In this document: positions 1 through 14,703 of the stretch, piece by piece
How the letters are laid out: every line of letters begins with the position of its first letter
How positions within the stretch are numbered: the stretch's first letter is position 1
Program-made: the position numbers and the translations under genes
The notes under the pieces: model-generated
Told to the model about the DNA's origin: nothing
The model's input: the letters and a program-made list of their open reading frames with translations, nothing else
Databases searched by the model: none
DNA from: Paraspadella gotoi
Taxonomy: Eukaryota > Animalia > Chaetognatha
DNA: 64,000 bases
Assembly: GCA_051294375.1 (NCBI GenBank)
Contig: CM119263.1
Location: forward strand, 19,594,304 to 19,658,303
Direction: 5' to 3'

Positions 1-290
1 TCTTATTTCCATATCCACTTCTTATCCACTTCCACTTTCTTATTTTCATTTCTGAGCTTTTCTTATTCCTTCCGCTTTCTCTATTTCCACTTCTCCTCTT
101 TCTTATTTCCACTTCCGGTTTTATTATATATTCCACTTCCACGTTTCTATTCCCACATCCGTCCTTTATTATTCCACATTCCGCTTTCTATTTCCACTTC
201 CGTTTTCTATTTCCATTCTGCCTTTATTATTTCCGCTTACTGCTTTCTCTATTTCCACTTTCCGTTTCTTATTTCAACTTCCGCTTTCGT
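1..290. repeat. Degenerate ~20-22 bp pyrimidine-rich minisatellite (unit approximately TTATTTCCACTTCCGCTTTCT)
   Basis: Repeated variants ttatttccacttcc / ttccgctttctatttccacttcc through the first ~290 nt; truncated by the window edge. Confidence 0.8.
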
Positions 291-2623
291 TTTTTGTTCA
301 TCTTCTCCCCTCTTGTTTTTTAATTTCGCCTTAATATTTATCTCTTCCTCGTCTCATTCTCTCATATTCGCGTCTTTAGACTATCCTATCCGGCTTTCTT
401 AAGATCCACATATCACCCCTCCCCTCCCCACTTCCCTACCTCTCTTTCGCCCTTTTCTTCTAATCACCATCTTCAGTGGCTTTCTAACACTACACCTCTC
501 ACTTCTTCGTGTCGCATCTGTCACCCGCGACTGGTCCGTAGTGGTAATACAGTATAATCAGGTTATCCTCGTCAATCCTCACACAGTCGCGCTTTTCCGC
601 TATCAGAGACTCGGAATCGTTAGGAACAGGAGAGAGAGAAGAGAGAGAGAGAGGAGAGAGAGAGGAGAAGAGTCAGTAGTAGGTACCAGAGAAGATGAGA
701 GAGATTCAAACCTGTGTTTTTCTAGTTTTTATAAGATCCCCTGGACGGAGCAGCTGTTTTCTAGCGAGTGCGAATTCTTAGAGTGGTGCAAGTCATCATT
801 GATAACGATTCAGGAAGATAGATCATTGTACGATGGCGAGAGAGTTGAGATCAATAGTACGAGACTGAGTAAGCCACCGACGTAGATGTGTGAGACATAT
901 TCACAACTTAATACCACCATAACAGAAGAGAAGCATATAGTCTAGAGTAGATGATAGATTAGATTATTACAATAGTAAAAATGTACTTTTTATCGGCATG
1001 GACTCTACGATAGGAGCTCAACACTGATACTATATATCTATATTCGTAACAGAGAAGACGCGTCTCTCTTGTCAGACCGAACAAACGCTCCGGTACACAG
1101 TCGCTTCTGTACTACTACTCCCCAAGGATCCGCAGCTGCAAGTGTCCACCTGATCAGAGGTCTCATACAAAACCTGCTTCTTCACTCTGCACATTGCACC
1201 ACGAGATGACGACAAAAAAGAAATATCGGAGCTTAAACCACCAGAGAAGACACAAGGGGACGCACGACAAAAAGGAAGGAGAAGAAAAAACCTCATTTTG
1301 AAGTAACTTCTTTCTCCCGGTCAGCGATCGGACCTTCTCTCTCTCTCTCTCTCTTAGCCATCCAAAGGATCGTTCAAATCAGAAGAGAAACGTCTTTTTT
1401 CGAACAGTTTTGCTCTTTTCTTTACACTTTCTGTCTTTATTCAATACACATTTCTCCCCACATCTATACTCAACCTCGATCAGCGGCAGCCTCCGGGAGG
1501 CAGCCCGCGGTTGCTTTTGTGCTCACCGCGGCGCGCACTTCTATGCGTCCTTTCCGGACTCGGTTGAGCATCTCGGCGGCGGGACAGGAAGACCCGTAAA
1601 TTCAGCGGAGTCGGAGCGATGACCGACGACGACATGCATTCGACTCTACATTAAGGCCGTACGTTGCAAACCGATTGATCGCAGTCGTACCGAAAGCCGA
1701 AGCGAGATCGGCGGACCACTGGCACGAGTATGCATGATTCGACGGATTTTCCGAAGGTGGAGAACTAAATTAGGACTGACCACCAGAGACTCTGAACCGA
1801 TATCTCTCGTTTATTCTCGCTACCTCGCTTCCGCGCCGCCATTTTTTTGACTCGCTGCGTCCCACGCTCTTTTTGCTTTTTTTTTTTTTTTTTAATTTCT
1901 TTTTTCTTTTTCTTTTTCTCCGATTCGGCGCGAACGACAACCGACGATGACATCATGACCGTCGACTGACGTATGGATCGAGACCATACAATGACCACGG
2001 TCCGACGATGACCACAGCTCTTTAGAGAGAGACGACTTAATCAACTGGATTCGCGTACTCGACAGATAGACGAATTCGTATATGAGATAAGTAGCGACTC
2101 AGAATCGTGCTAGATTAATACCTATTTTTACTCACAGATGCTAAATAAAGTAACATCATCATATTACGATAATAATCTCACCCAACCTACCAGAAGATGA
2201 AAAATATAGAAAATAATTCTCTCTTCTTATCTTATCAGTATATATAAGATCATAACAAACTATATTTGTTGTATTCCTTCTTCTTCTTCGCCTACGGGAC
2301 TCACTCTCTGATTAGATACTATTAATTATAGTATTACGATTCCGAGAGTACGATACATTTTGAGTCTGGTACCTCTATAATAATAATAACATTATTCACT
2401 AAATCGTAAGAAAGCTTCTCTTTTCCGCCTATAATTATAAATAAACCTAAAGAATTAAGGACATTCTCTGTTCTGTTTTGGTCATTGCTCGAGCGCTTTC
2501 AATTTAAGGATAAATCTGTACTCTCTTAAAGAAAGCATATCTTACAGCGAGATATGGTGGAGAGTAAATTCTTTAGAGTGAATAGATGAGCTTTATATAG
2601 AAGATCAAAAAGGAATTAGATGT

Positions 2624-2654
<31 letters not shown>

Positions 2655-3699
2655 GAGAGAAGAGAGAGAGCGAGCACGCACGATAGAGAAGATGATAAGA
2701 GAAAGAAAAAATGAAATATCGTATTATTAATCTTGCTTTATTATAATTTCATTGTCACTCCATGTTACCTTTGCTCTATATTTCCATCTCTTGACGCGCT
2801 AAAGATCGTGTTTTCTTTATATGTTTTCGCTACTCTCTATTCCTTTTCTCTCTTTCTGCTCTGGACTTTGAGTAATAGCAGTTCTCAATTCGTTTGCGCG
2901 AGAGTACAACAGTTTCTACTCGCTCAAGAATACTCAGAAGATGTTTTCTTTGTGTAGGATCCGTCTTATTCCATATGTCATTTAGCTCATTCGTCTGTAT
3001 ACACAATCCCAGAGCATGTCGCACTTCTGAGTATACACTAGAACCAGATAATTAATCAAGTTCTGATTTAGTATAAAAGTCATGCAGTGAGATTCAGTCC
3101 AATTAATTCCGTAGGATTTTAGAAAGAGTCGATTTCACGTTCTCGTTTATCTCTCCCCCGTCGTTAGTTACAACCCAATCAACGAAGATTGACAAGAAGA
3201 AAAAAGTTTTTTAAAACAATCTTATTCTCTCTACTTGCTTCTTTGCTCTCGGTTTCAGAGATCTGTCTTTCTTGTACAATTTTACAAGGAAACTATTAAC
3301 ACAATATTCTCACGACCGTCTTAATAAAGGCCTGATCCGAAAAGTTAGACACTTAATCACCTAGATTATTAACTCCACAATTCTTCTTCACCTATTATAA
3401 TTCCTCTTCCTTTACTAGTATTATCTGATTGTCCTCCATCATTTATCAGCGTGTCCATACATTTAGGTTAATAGTAGTATCACCATAATAAGATTCTATG
3501 AAATTTAAGAGAGATAGGACTTAGACGAAAGATTTATCTTGTCTGTGTCGTTGTGTTGTGCCAGCGACTTTAAGACTGTTTAAAACAGTTAAAATGTGAG
3601 CGTATTCTAGACAGGTAGCGCTTATTGTCCATTTTTAAAAAAAATGAATGAATGAAAATGTAGATTTTTAAACACGGAAGAAATCGGTCCAGCCATTTA

Positions 3700-6600
3700 G
3701 GAAGCTATAGACGCGGATCCACCAGGCAGAGATTCGCGTAAAGAGGTACCGTTAATTAAGACGACAACCTGGGAATCTCTAAGAACTGCACGGTATCTTT
3801 TTTCACATTAATAGGTTATGCGGCGCAATTACAGACTTCGAGTCGTCTCACTCTATTCCCTTACCAACATGTTGAGAACGCTAAAGGATACACCAGAGAG
3901 GCATCATAGCTCTTAGGAGAGGGCTATTCCAGGCAAGGAGACACTTTCTATTAATTAATTTATTAACTTCCCGCTCCTCAAATATAGTTGCCACTATGAA
4001 CAACTCATTATCATGTTTTGCTCGTAATGTACCTTCTAAGTAGGTCTCATTTAGAAAGTGATAAACTTATTTCCTAGCATTCACTGATCATTCTTAGTCT
4101 GGAATCCCAATAAGCCACTCTCCATCTTATGTTATATCTCATCACGTTTACAATGAAAGAAAAGACGAGCCAAGAAGAGAGAGTCGCGCGCGATCTAGCG
4201 CCCACCGTGTGAGCAGTTCAAGCACGCTACTGCGGGACAGACACGAATGAGGCACGGTGAACAGCGCAACTTTATAGAGGCGACACTGTCCTTGGGGGCG
4301 TGGCAGTACAACACGGATGGCTACAAGAGACTCTGGGTGGTCTCGCAAGCGGCTGGGCAGTACACCTAGTTGGACTCGTCGCAGCATCGTCTGCTTTGCA
4401 TGCCAAGGGGGATGTCTCACTTGACTCTAGAAGGTCTTCAGCGTATAGGGAACATGCATCTTCTCTTCCAGCCCGGATCCTGGCTCTAATGGTCGAACAG
4501 AATTAAGTACAACACGATATGGGCCTGGCATTATTTCATATCTTATAACGAAAAGGAATTCAGGAGGGAAGGAAAATAATGCTATTGGAGTTGTTTGAGG
4601 GAAAAAGAGCGACCTGGCCAATGTATCGTAAGTACCTCACAAACCACCAAGGAGGTAGATACACTAATCAGTCCCACCTCCTCACTCTCTAGCGTCAGCG
4701 CACATTTCGACTTCGGTCCATCGGACCCGGTGGTTTATTTGGTTGTCTTCGGCTTTATAGGCACCGGAGAGAAATAAGAAATGGAAATATAACGGACTCG
4801 CACTTATCTCTCGGGAGACATGCGATCAAAATGACCTGAAAGCGCTTGCTCTGAGCCAGCAAGAGCTTAAGCTAAGTCGAGGAAACCCACCATGTTGGTC
4901 CAAAACTCCCGTCGTCCGAGCTTATCCCTGTCTTTCAAATTGGCAGTTGAACGCCCTTGGTAAGTTAATTTTTTGAGAAATTGGATAACTTTTGTAACTT
5001 AATTTTTGAAAATATAGACGTCAATTCAAAACATCTATCATGTCAATTACGATATCAGTTGACCACCACCGAGAGCTTTAATTTACCGACCTCCTCACTC
5101 CAAACTTTTATTCGCCGCACTTTTTGGTTAAAAAGTTATTAATCCAACCAATACATACTTGATCTTTTTCGATATGACTATTAGAAGTGTATGGAATGGT
5201 GAGGACTCACTCTCATACGAGTAAGATACATGAATAAGTAAAGTACCTTTAATCTAAAATTGGAAGGCAAATACACACCACACCAAACGGAGGCTATCTA
5301 ATTATGGCAGTCTTCTTTTACATAACCTTAAATTATACCTATAAATAAAATTTTTCTTCAAGCTTATGATACTTTAAATAAAGGAGTATCAGACTCCCCC
5401 TCTACTCCCCATTATTCCTCCTCCACGCACAACATTTAAAAAAACTATTTTATATAATTAAATTTCTGTACAATAATTGTACGCATACATACTCTGTATA
5501 GCTAACTGAGTCATTATACCTATAGTACTAAAGCGTTCGCCTGTATACGAGACTTATCTACGCGGTACTCTGCACCGTTCCATTTGTGCATGGGCCTATT
5601 GAACCCATTCTCTCTTACCGCCCATAAATAGTTTATGGCTGCAGACGCCTGTACTCACCTTCCAAGAAGCATTCCCCACAAAAACTCTTCCTGAAGGACC
5701 AATGTAATTTTTTTAATTGTATCTCGTGAAGTAAATGTTATCTTCGCTGTTGAACACTATTTACCTATACTCTATTTTCACGAAGTCAACTATCTCGAGG
5801 ATTCTTGGACTTCGACAGTCACGATTTAAAGTGTACTAGGCAGCATATCTGGAACAGTATCGCATCTGGAGTTGTATTATTTTATCATGAACTGCTTAAT
5901 CAGTTACACTTAATGCTCTACTTCACAGACACAACTCTCATCACCGAAACTGCCTACAATATAACCTTTTGGTTTTTACACACAGCCCAAGGTAGTCCAG
6001 CAACCAACACTACACCACGGCTTCGAAACACCATAAAGGCAGACCTCGTGATGCACTAGACCCATGCTGTTTACCGCCAAAAGACCTTAAGGCACATGGA
6101 GTAGTCACTCAGGTAGGTGATTTGAACAGACTGTATTGTTTATATATTACTTCCGGATGATACACCGATGGTGAAGTGAGATAAGGCAGCATTCGGGCCG
6201 CTCACAATAACAGAAAAACGGAAGAACTTAGTCATTACCGTACCATAATTCCAGTACGAAAGATTTGGAAGAATTTACGATGATGGCTATCGCACAATAA
6301 TGTCACTGATATTACAGTTCACGTCTTTTTATGGTATAGTATGGATGTATACTGGATATTGAGAGGAGCGTCTATATACGGTTGAACAAAGGTGGTAGTG
6401 ACAAAGTATTATGGTCAGCAAACTTAATACTATGTTTCCCAGGCAACCATCTACCACTTATTCATTTTCAATGCTATGACACGTTACCCAGGGGATGGGA
6501 ACGCCCACGAATTCACGATCGAAGGGTTCGCAACCACTCTTCGCTCTCAACAGGTAGTGTAAAACTTAAAAAAAACTGAGTTTGGATCAAATTTTTCGAC

Positions 6601-7594
6601 TTAGCCATTAAGCTTCTTGTCCAGACAGAACCTTTTCAGAGTTTGATTTTAGGTCATGCAGGTCGAACATGCAGCGTAGAAATGAGTACTACGGGTGAAG
6701 AAGGCAGAAATTATGCTTATTGCCATTATTCCTATTACGTCCAACACTCTCTCACTAAAATCGGGAGCCAGCTTGCTCTTCTGGTGTCACTACTAATTTG
6801 GAGGACCTGATATTAACACTAACATGCAAAGGTCTGATAAATACGAGGTGCGCAGAGATCATGTTCTTCTATTCACTGGAGCTCTATGTGACAGCAGTCA
6901 TCTTCTGAGGACTCACTCGCAAAATAGTAGGACGGGATTATTGAATAAATATCATTGCTTACAACACGGATGTCGCAAATTTTCATGATTATACCATTCG
7001 CTCATCTTAGTATATCTCGCTCCTGGTTTTCAAGTGAAGGTATTATTCTTATTAAGGCATTGGAGACGCTAAGTGAATATTCAACGTGTGCGATAATGAA
7101 AAAGAAATCACCTCCACAAGTCGAGGTATTCAGTTCTCTGCGCTCACATGCTCTATTTAGGGAGTGCCTTCATCTCGGTTTAGGTCTGCTGCGACCGCGG
7201 AGCTCAGGACTGCCAAGAGCCATCCCTATAAGAGTCGTTCTATAGCCATGCGATTTAACGTGTTGGCGCACATTAAGCCGGTTCCACAGTCCGAGGGTTA
7301 CATTAGAAGAATGGATGTATTGTCTGCAAATCGAAGAATAGAGTATAGATTGCATTTAGCCCAGCTATAAAGTTTTAAGGACCTGTTAACTTTTAACAAT
7401 ATGATTTCAGGCCGCTGCATATAAATTTTACTTGTGGATTATTACAATGTATCCGGTTGTCCATGGCTTGGTAGTATTAGCTGTCCCTTAAAGTGCTGAC
7501 GTCTTAGAAGATAACCTATAGCTCAAACTACAACACTATTCCACTACAAAGCAGTCACACTAACACACTACACAGTACACAGTACAGAGTACAG
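3700..7594 (+). mobile_element. Degraded or error-ridden non-LTR retrotransposon (APE-type LINE, R1/LOA-like) with ORF1 gag and ORF2 APE-RT remnants; 5' boundary approximate
   Basis: Motif remnants read by eye, in canonical order, across frameshifts: CFACQG at 4392-4409 (gag CCHC knuckle start); IDVNSKHLS at 5014-5040 (APE GDxNAxH motif); WNGEDSLS at ~5192-5215 (APE, preceding SDH); EELSHYRTI at 6221-6247 (RT YRPI); WLSHNNV at 6284-6304; LDIE-GA at 6352-6370 (RT LDIxGAFD); GSV at 6553-6561 then WIKFFDLA at 6583-6606 (PQGS..P.LWN); YKSRSIAMRFNVLAHIKPV at 7227-7283 (compare AYRTVSxxALxVLAGxxP downstream of RT in R1/LOA elements); short tandem 3' tail (TACACAG)n at 7569-7594. The YADD motif is not cleanly readable. 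Confidence 0.65.
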
Positions 7595-7750
7595 TGGAGA
7601 ACAATCGCTCTGATTCTACTTGGCTGAAAACATTCTTCTCCGATTAATTCGTGGGAGACAAACCGGAAAAAGAGACGATGTGATGGGCGACAGAGGAGGA
7701 AAAATGTGATTGCATGAAGGTAAGATTAATGAAAGGTCGACACGACGAGG

Positions 7751-7805
7751 GAAGAAAGAAAGAAAGAAGAAAGAAGAAAGAAAGAAAAAAGAAAAAAGAA
7801 AGAAA

Positions 7806-7846
<41 letters not shown>

Positions 7847-7875
7847 AAAGAAAAGAAAAGAAGGAAAAAAAGAAA
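7751..7875. repeat. (GAAA)n microsatellite
   Basis: Direct reading of an imperfect GAAA array. Confidence 0.9.
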
Positions 7876-10800
7876 AATATTGAATGAATGAATTAATGAA
7901 TGGATGAATAAAATGAATGAATGAATTAATGAAGGAAGTGGAAATATTGAAACGTGTGAGTGGGTGGGCGAGGAGGAGCAGGATTAAGAGCCACTACGTA
8001 AAAGACGAAGAAGAAACGTTTCAAGAAAAAGAATAAGTAGGAAAAAAGTGAAAAAAAGTTATTGCGGATTTTTCGAAATTTTGATTCATCTTTTCCGACT
8101 TTTTGGTTGAAGTTTGATAAAAATGGAAAGAAATAAGCAACGATAATGATTTAGAAAGAGGAGAGGAGAGAGAGAGAGAGAGGAAGAGAGAGAAGAGAGA
8201 GAGAGAGAGAGCAGGGAGACTCTCCATTTTAGCCTATATTCCGTTGCTTAATACAGAAGCCCATATATTAAAAGCGCATAACGAGTTATAATCATAAGCG
8301 AGATGAGTGAAAACGAAGATAAATCCCGGGTGAAATAATCAGTTAAGCCCTTTTTTTGGTTCAGCGGAATTGTCTTTGACTGACAAAGATAGGATGTTTA
8401 ACACAGCTGCTCTAAAGCCATCATCCTTTTTTTATTAACGTTTGAAAAAATCTCCACGCCGGTATTTAAATAGAAGTAAGCGATTCGGAATGGCGCGAAT
8501 TATTTATTTTTAGTCCGCCGTGATATTTATCATATTATTTACAACTTGTCTAACTTATCTATCGATTGAATTTTTAATCTTTTAAGTCGTCTTTGTAAAA
8601 AATTAAAATGGATCATTCTAAAGAAAAAAATAGTGATTCCAGCAAAACCGACTGATTCGCAGATTGGTTTTGATTGGTTGAGTTGCGGTTGTTTTGGTCG
8701 TAATTGGCAGCAATTAAAAATTCGTTCTGTTCTAAATAAAGAGAGAACGTGGGGAGAAGGGGAGGAAGTAAGAATCGAGTGAGACCAGGTTTAAGCCGGG
8801 AATTTAATTTATTCGAGTTCTGAGAATAACGGCTAATAAGGTATTTTTTCATTCAAAGAACAAGGTCGATTCGTGTCCAGTAACTCTCGTTTTTTCGGGC
8901 ATTAAAAGACAATTTAATTTTACTATTTAGTTGAAAATGCTTATTATTATGTATATTTGGGAGAAAGAAAGAGAGAGAAGAGAGAGAGAGAGCAGAGAGA
9001 GAGAGAGAGAGAGAGACGAAGAGAGAGAGAGAGAGAAAGACGATGAGAGAGAGAACAGTACAGAGAAGAAAAGACAAGACAGAATAGAAATAGAAAATAT
9101 AACACTTATAACTTAGTTACTTAAAGAGAGAAAAAGATTATTTAAAAAAAAAAATAGCCCGACTTTGAAGAAAAAGGATCGCGCGCTGTACGGTGACCTG
9201 AGACCCTCGACGGCCTTCCTCTTCCACGGCCGCGCCTGCACCGTTGGGGGAGGGGGGCGAAGAGCCGAAAGTCGGCGGCTCAAACGCCGACGTAACAGAA
9301 CGTAGAACGTAAATCTGGATGAGCGGCGAACGTGGAGGTAAGTGAAGGTTGAGGATTGAGACAGGGCTGGAGTGACAAGGGAAGAGGGACTGGTAAAGAA
9401 AAGGTCGAAAAGAGAAAGAATTTGAGTTTTGTTCCGAATGTTAGGGGGGGAGAGAAGCAGAGAGAGGGAGAGAGAGAGAGAGAGGAGAGAGAGGTGGGAG
9501 AGACGAGAGAGAGAGAGAGAGAGAGGAAAGGAGAGGAAGAAAGAGAAAAAACTATGAAAGGGAAAGAAAAGTTGAGAAAGGTAGAATAAAAGGCAGAAGG
9601 AAAGAGAGTGAAGGAAATTCGAAAAGAAATAGTATGTATGGAAGGAAAGAAAGAGAGAAGAAGTGAGAGAAGAGATAACGGAAGTGAGGTAAAGAAAACG
9701 GAGATGAATAAATAGTCAAGAGACGGAAATCACCCACTCACGACTACGAGAGAGAGGAAAAAGGAAATTCAAAAGAAAAACTTCAAAGAGAAAAGAGCGG
9801 AATTGTTCTTAATTAGGCCAAGAGCTTCGTACAATGGGAGAAGGATCAGAAGGCGAAGTTTGAAGTGTGTTGGGAGAACCTTTCAAACCTGAAACTCTTA
9901 TACATTCTGAGAAAACTTCATGGAAGCAAAATTTTCTAAAATGGGCAAGAAGCATTAGTAATTAATTTTTTAATATTATTTTAATAGATAGGAAAATGTC
10001 AAAAATTTTTTTATTTGGAATTTTTAAAAATTTAAAAAGGCAGATTCAAATAAGCTTATAAAAAGTTAATCTTACACAAGAGTATAATTCTTTTTTTAAA
10101 TACTTTTGAATGATAAGTGGGTTTAACAATTGAAAAAACCTTAAAAAATCATCATCATACATCAATCAATCGTGATTTTTAGCAGTTTTAATTAATTTTT
10201 AGTAATAAAACATCAAAATTTTAAAAAAAGTTGTAATTATAATTTTTGGTTAACTTTTTAAAGCTCTATCGAATAAATTCAAATTAAAAAAACTTAAATA
10301 TCGACCAAAAAAAAATTTGACATTATATAGCCCAATATAATAATATTAATTAGGCGAATTTACTCATGGTTCTGAACATTTTGCAAAAAAATATTTTAAG
10401 ACACAAAATTATACCAATAATAGGATTAGTTTAATGCTGTTCCATTAAAATTTGGAATTTGTCGGCTACTCGCTATCTTAATGACGACTTACTTTCTTTA
10501 ATAACGAAGGCACGAGGATATTTGTTGCAATTCTTTTTTTTTTTTTGTCATGTCCTTTTTTTAGTCAATCACGAGATACAATTAATCCTTATGTTGTTGC
10601 GAAATTCTAAACCTAGTCGTTCAGGGCAAAATCTTGGTTAATTTTAACAAAAACAAGTGACTTATCAGTCAAAAAATTGCGAAGAGAAAAAACAAAAGGC
10701 GGCGCACAAAACATTAAAAGAAGCGAAAAAAGAGATCAGATGATAATGAGGCAGACGAATGTCTGCACAATAACATGAAGGTTTTTTTTTCAAGTTTTTT

Positions 10801-13075
10801 AAGCGCTGTTTTTCTCTCTCTCTCTGCTCTCTCACCAGTCTCTCTCTCCTTCTCATCTCTCTCTCTTCTCTCTCTCAGCTCCCTCCCGCTCTCTCTGCTC
10901 ATCTCTCGTCTCTCGTAGTAATAGGTCCTCTAACCTTGTGCTTTAATTCAGACACAAGCCTGCCCATACCCTTATGGCCATGCAGCGGGAGTCACTGGGA
11001 AATTGACCGAATTGCTTCATTGAAGCCATCAAAAAGGTTCATTAAAGTTCCCCAAGCAAATGAATCAACAGTAAACTTGATGCGATCGGACGGTGATATG
11101 TTATGCAGGCGACCTTGAAAGCAACGCGCAAAGAAGAGGATTTTTAAACATTGTGGAAGCACAAGAAGTTTTCGGAGATATATTGCCAAAATAAGGGAAA
11201 AGGGACCCACATGCAAACATCAATCTATTCTAGACTCAATTTTAACAAACGAGAAGACAATATTGATATTAGGTTGAATGGGCCGTTATGTGTTTATTTT
11301 AAGATGAAGGCATTGTTGGCGCAGGTCGCACGGCCATTTAAGGAATTAGCTTGAGAATCAAGTATTTGTGGTGGTTTCTATTTTTTATTTCCTTTTTCTG
11401 AATACTTAATATTTTAGTAGAGTACACATTTTTTTTCTGTGTATTAAAAAAAAGTTGGCTTTCTGTATTAAGAAAAACGAATCAATGAATGAACGGACCC
11501 TATCGTTACCTTAATAGGTCCTTCTTGCATGAGGGTACCCTAGTCCAATGTATAACCATATCTATCTATCTTATTCTCTCTCTCTGCTCTCTCTTCGTTT
11601 CGCGCGTTTTTTCCCTCCGAGTTCCTGGTTGAAAATTTGCTTTCTCTTCACCCTTGGCGGAATCCCCAAGGAATTCCGTTAGAAAAGGTGAAGCATAGAG
11701 GAGAAAAGAAAAAAAGAGGGGAGAATAGGATGAAGAGGATTTGTGAGGAGGAAGAAACAACGAAGAAAGTCGTGGGCATGGGTAATGAGAGAAAAAGAAC
11801 AATGTCCTACACAAAAGGCATGAAAAATAACAACGAACGATGTAGGACGAAAAAAACATTAAAAGTTCGACAGTGACAGCGCAAAAGCAAGCGAAGCTTT
11901 TCGGCAGGTCGCTGGGGCGTCATGTATGCGTCAGGGTGAGTAGTTTTACCCGGGGTTTCCAAGGGGTCAAGAATGCGCGTATGAGAATGAAGTGAATCAA
12001 GGTTGATAAAATTACTTATGTATTAACCTGAAAAATTCAAAAATGGTAAAACAAAATAAAGAACAACAACAACATCGAGAAATAAAAAGGGGAATTTTAA
12101 AAAAAACGAAATCGCGGGAAAAGAAAATTGAGAAAATAAAGATTTTTTTTTTGTTATTAAATTCGGGAAGAGAAAGGAGAAGATTCTTGGATTCGAAGCT
12201 TTGATTTATCGTCGACGAGCAGAAACGAAGAATGAGGCCCACTTTGTCCTCAGCGCATTAATCCTCTCGAATGAGAAATCGCGAAAAAATCCAAGTCTGG
12301 ACTATTTTTTTCATAATTAATTAATGGAAATACATATCCGGGGGCCGGTATTATTTCGTTTTTTTCTATAATCTATTTAGGTAGTAAAGCGCGAAATAAA
12401 CGTATTATCGATAAAGTCCATAAATTTATATGCCTAAATGTTGTTCGTTGTGCAGTAAATTTTACAGTTTTCTTCAATAGTTTGTTTGAAAATCTACTAA
12501 GTCATTTAAACATATATATTGGCTTTCATTGTTGTGACTTTCCTCATATATTTTTTTTAAAACCTTCAGAGCTTTAGTCGCGACTGCTTCCAACGTTCGA
12601 TTCGCCGTCAAAAACAGCGCAACGATCAACTTGCAAAACCGTATTCACAATGTCGCAGGCAACTTGTTTCAATTTTACTGCGGATTCCGAGTGGTAGGAA
12701 GACGAACTGTGAAAAAACAAGTGAGGCTGTAAATCTTTTTTGAAAGACAATAACCTTTTTAACAGGACAGCGTTCGCGGCGTGAAACCTCCAGTTTCTGT
12801 TTTTTTTTATTGATGAAAAAAAATATCGCGTGAATAAAAAAAGCGTTAGAGAGCGAGTTGATTTGCTTTTTCTTAATTTTAAACCACAGACCATCATAGC
12901 GAAGCAAATCGACCGCTATGAATCGTTTTGTGCGGCTAAGAGAGGAAGAGAGAAAGAGACAAGAAATACGAAAAGGGAGAGTTAAACGAAAATAGTAAAC
13001 CAATTGTTTTATAATTCAAAATTTTTAACACAAAACTTTATAGATAACACTTAGACAAAGCTAATAAAAGGAGGG

Positions 13076-13119
<44 letters not shown>

Positions 13120-14555
13120 GAGAAGAGAGAGGAGAGAGAGGAGAGAGAGAGAGAGAGAGAGAGAGAAGAGAGAGAGTTTGATGTGGTCGAGAATCGAGGT
13201 ATTTGCAGGCAATCGGTCCGTCCGGGATGAACGATGTCGAAATTCTTTTTCTTTTTTAACCCTCTTGTCATTTAGCTTCGTTTGCCTCATATTAAGAGCC
13301 TTTTGGAAGGCTTATTTTGATCGATAGTTGAAAACAAAAGATAAAGTTCGATTGGGCCTGCTGTTCGAAACGGACGAACGAAAGTTTCGTAACGCAACGT
13401 GTTTTCGCGAATAACGAACTTTTCACAAGAAATGTCCTTGCTTTCCTTACGAAAAGCCGCGCTTTGTTTTCGCTCCGGGCTCAATAAATACGTTCGCGAA
13501 TCCAATAACCAATCTGCACATGGTTTTTGGGTTTGAAAGAACTCATCTCATTAACGGATTTAAGAAAACCGACGAAAATTTTCTGTTCAGAGACGAACGA
13601 AAATATAAAAAAAAAAATAACCGCCGTCCTCCCTTTTTCTTTTAAAAAGAATAAATCGTTGGCGGCAAATACAGAAGAATTATTTGTTTGTTTTTCCTCG
13701 TCTCAGTGTTAGGAGATCCCGCCCGGAGATTTTCATGAATCAGAACGGAGTCTTCGAAAATCGTGACGCGAGTCTTAATCCTCGACGCGTTTCGCAATTT
13801 CATTTTCAATGGGAATTTCACAAGAAAACATTAGGAATTATCCGTCCGATTTCCTTTTTCCTCACTTTCTTAATTTTTCTCATTGCCCCGTTCATTTTGA
13901 CTATTAATCACGGGTGTTGATCTACATTTTATGTAGACTCATCTCGACTCATTTAACATAGTTTTGCTACCTTATTTCATTTTTTTCCCTTTTCTATTGA
14001 TTTTTATTTTTTCCCCCCACACATCTTTCATTATTTATTGCTTTTTCCAATTATTTATTTTTTTCCTTCCGTTCCTCCTTCCTTAATATAATTTTCCGAT
14101 GAGAAAAAAAAAAAGTACAAGTATAGAAAAAGTCAAACGTTTCTACTCATTAGGTTTTCTACTCGTTTTTACCCCTTAAGTCTTATTCTCGTTAAGTCCC
14201 AGACGCCAACCTTCCTCATCCCAAGAATCCATTCGCTTGCATTATCACTCTCCAACGCTGCCTCCTCCTCCTCCTCCTCCTCCTCCTCCTTCTCTTCGTC
14301 ACTCTCGTATGTCTTCCTCCTACGTCTTTTCTTTCCTCTCTTCCTCCGCCTCCTCCTCCTCATCATTTTTCTCCTCCTCCTCCTCCCCATTCTCTTCTTC
14401 CTCCTCCTCCTCCTTTTTCCTCGGCACCATGCTAACTTTCTAGTTCCATTTCCAGATTCCGTTTCTCAAATCTCTCTCTCGTTCTCTCGCGCCGACAATG
14501 AATTTTACTTTATCGCTCTCACCGTTTTTTTTCCCCGCTCTCTTGCCTAATCTCT

Positions 14556-14580
14556 NNNNNNNNNNNNNNNNNNNNNNNNN
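14556..14580. other. Assembly gap, exactly 25 N
   Basis: 25 N counted. Confidence 0.99.
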
Positions 14581-14608
14581 CTGACGATCGCACCCTAACA
14601 CTTTATCC

Positions 14609-14645
<37 letters not shown>

Positions 14646-14648
14646 CTC

Positions 14649-14695
<47 letters not shown>

Positions 14696-14703
14696 TTACG
14701 ACA

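Noticed and set aside
742-760. TGGACGGAG resembling the 5' end of miR-184
   Set aside because: Only 9 nt match, no precursor hairpin is evident, and the region is low-quality sequence.
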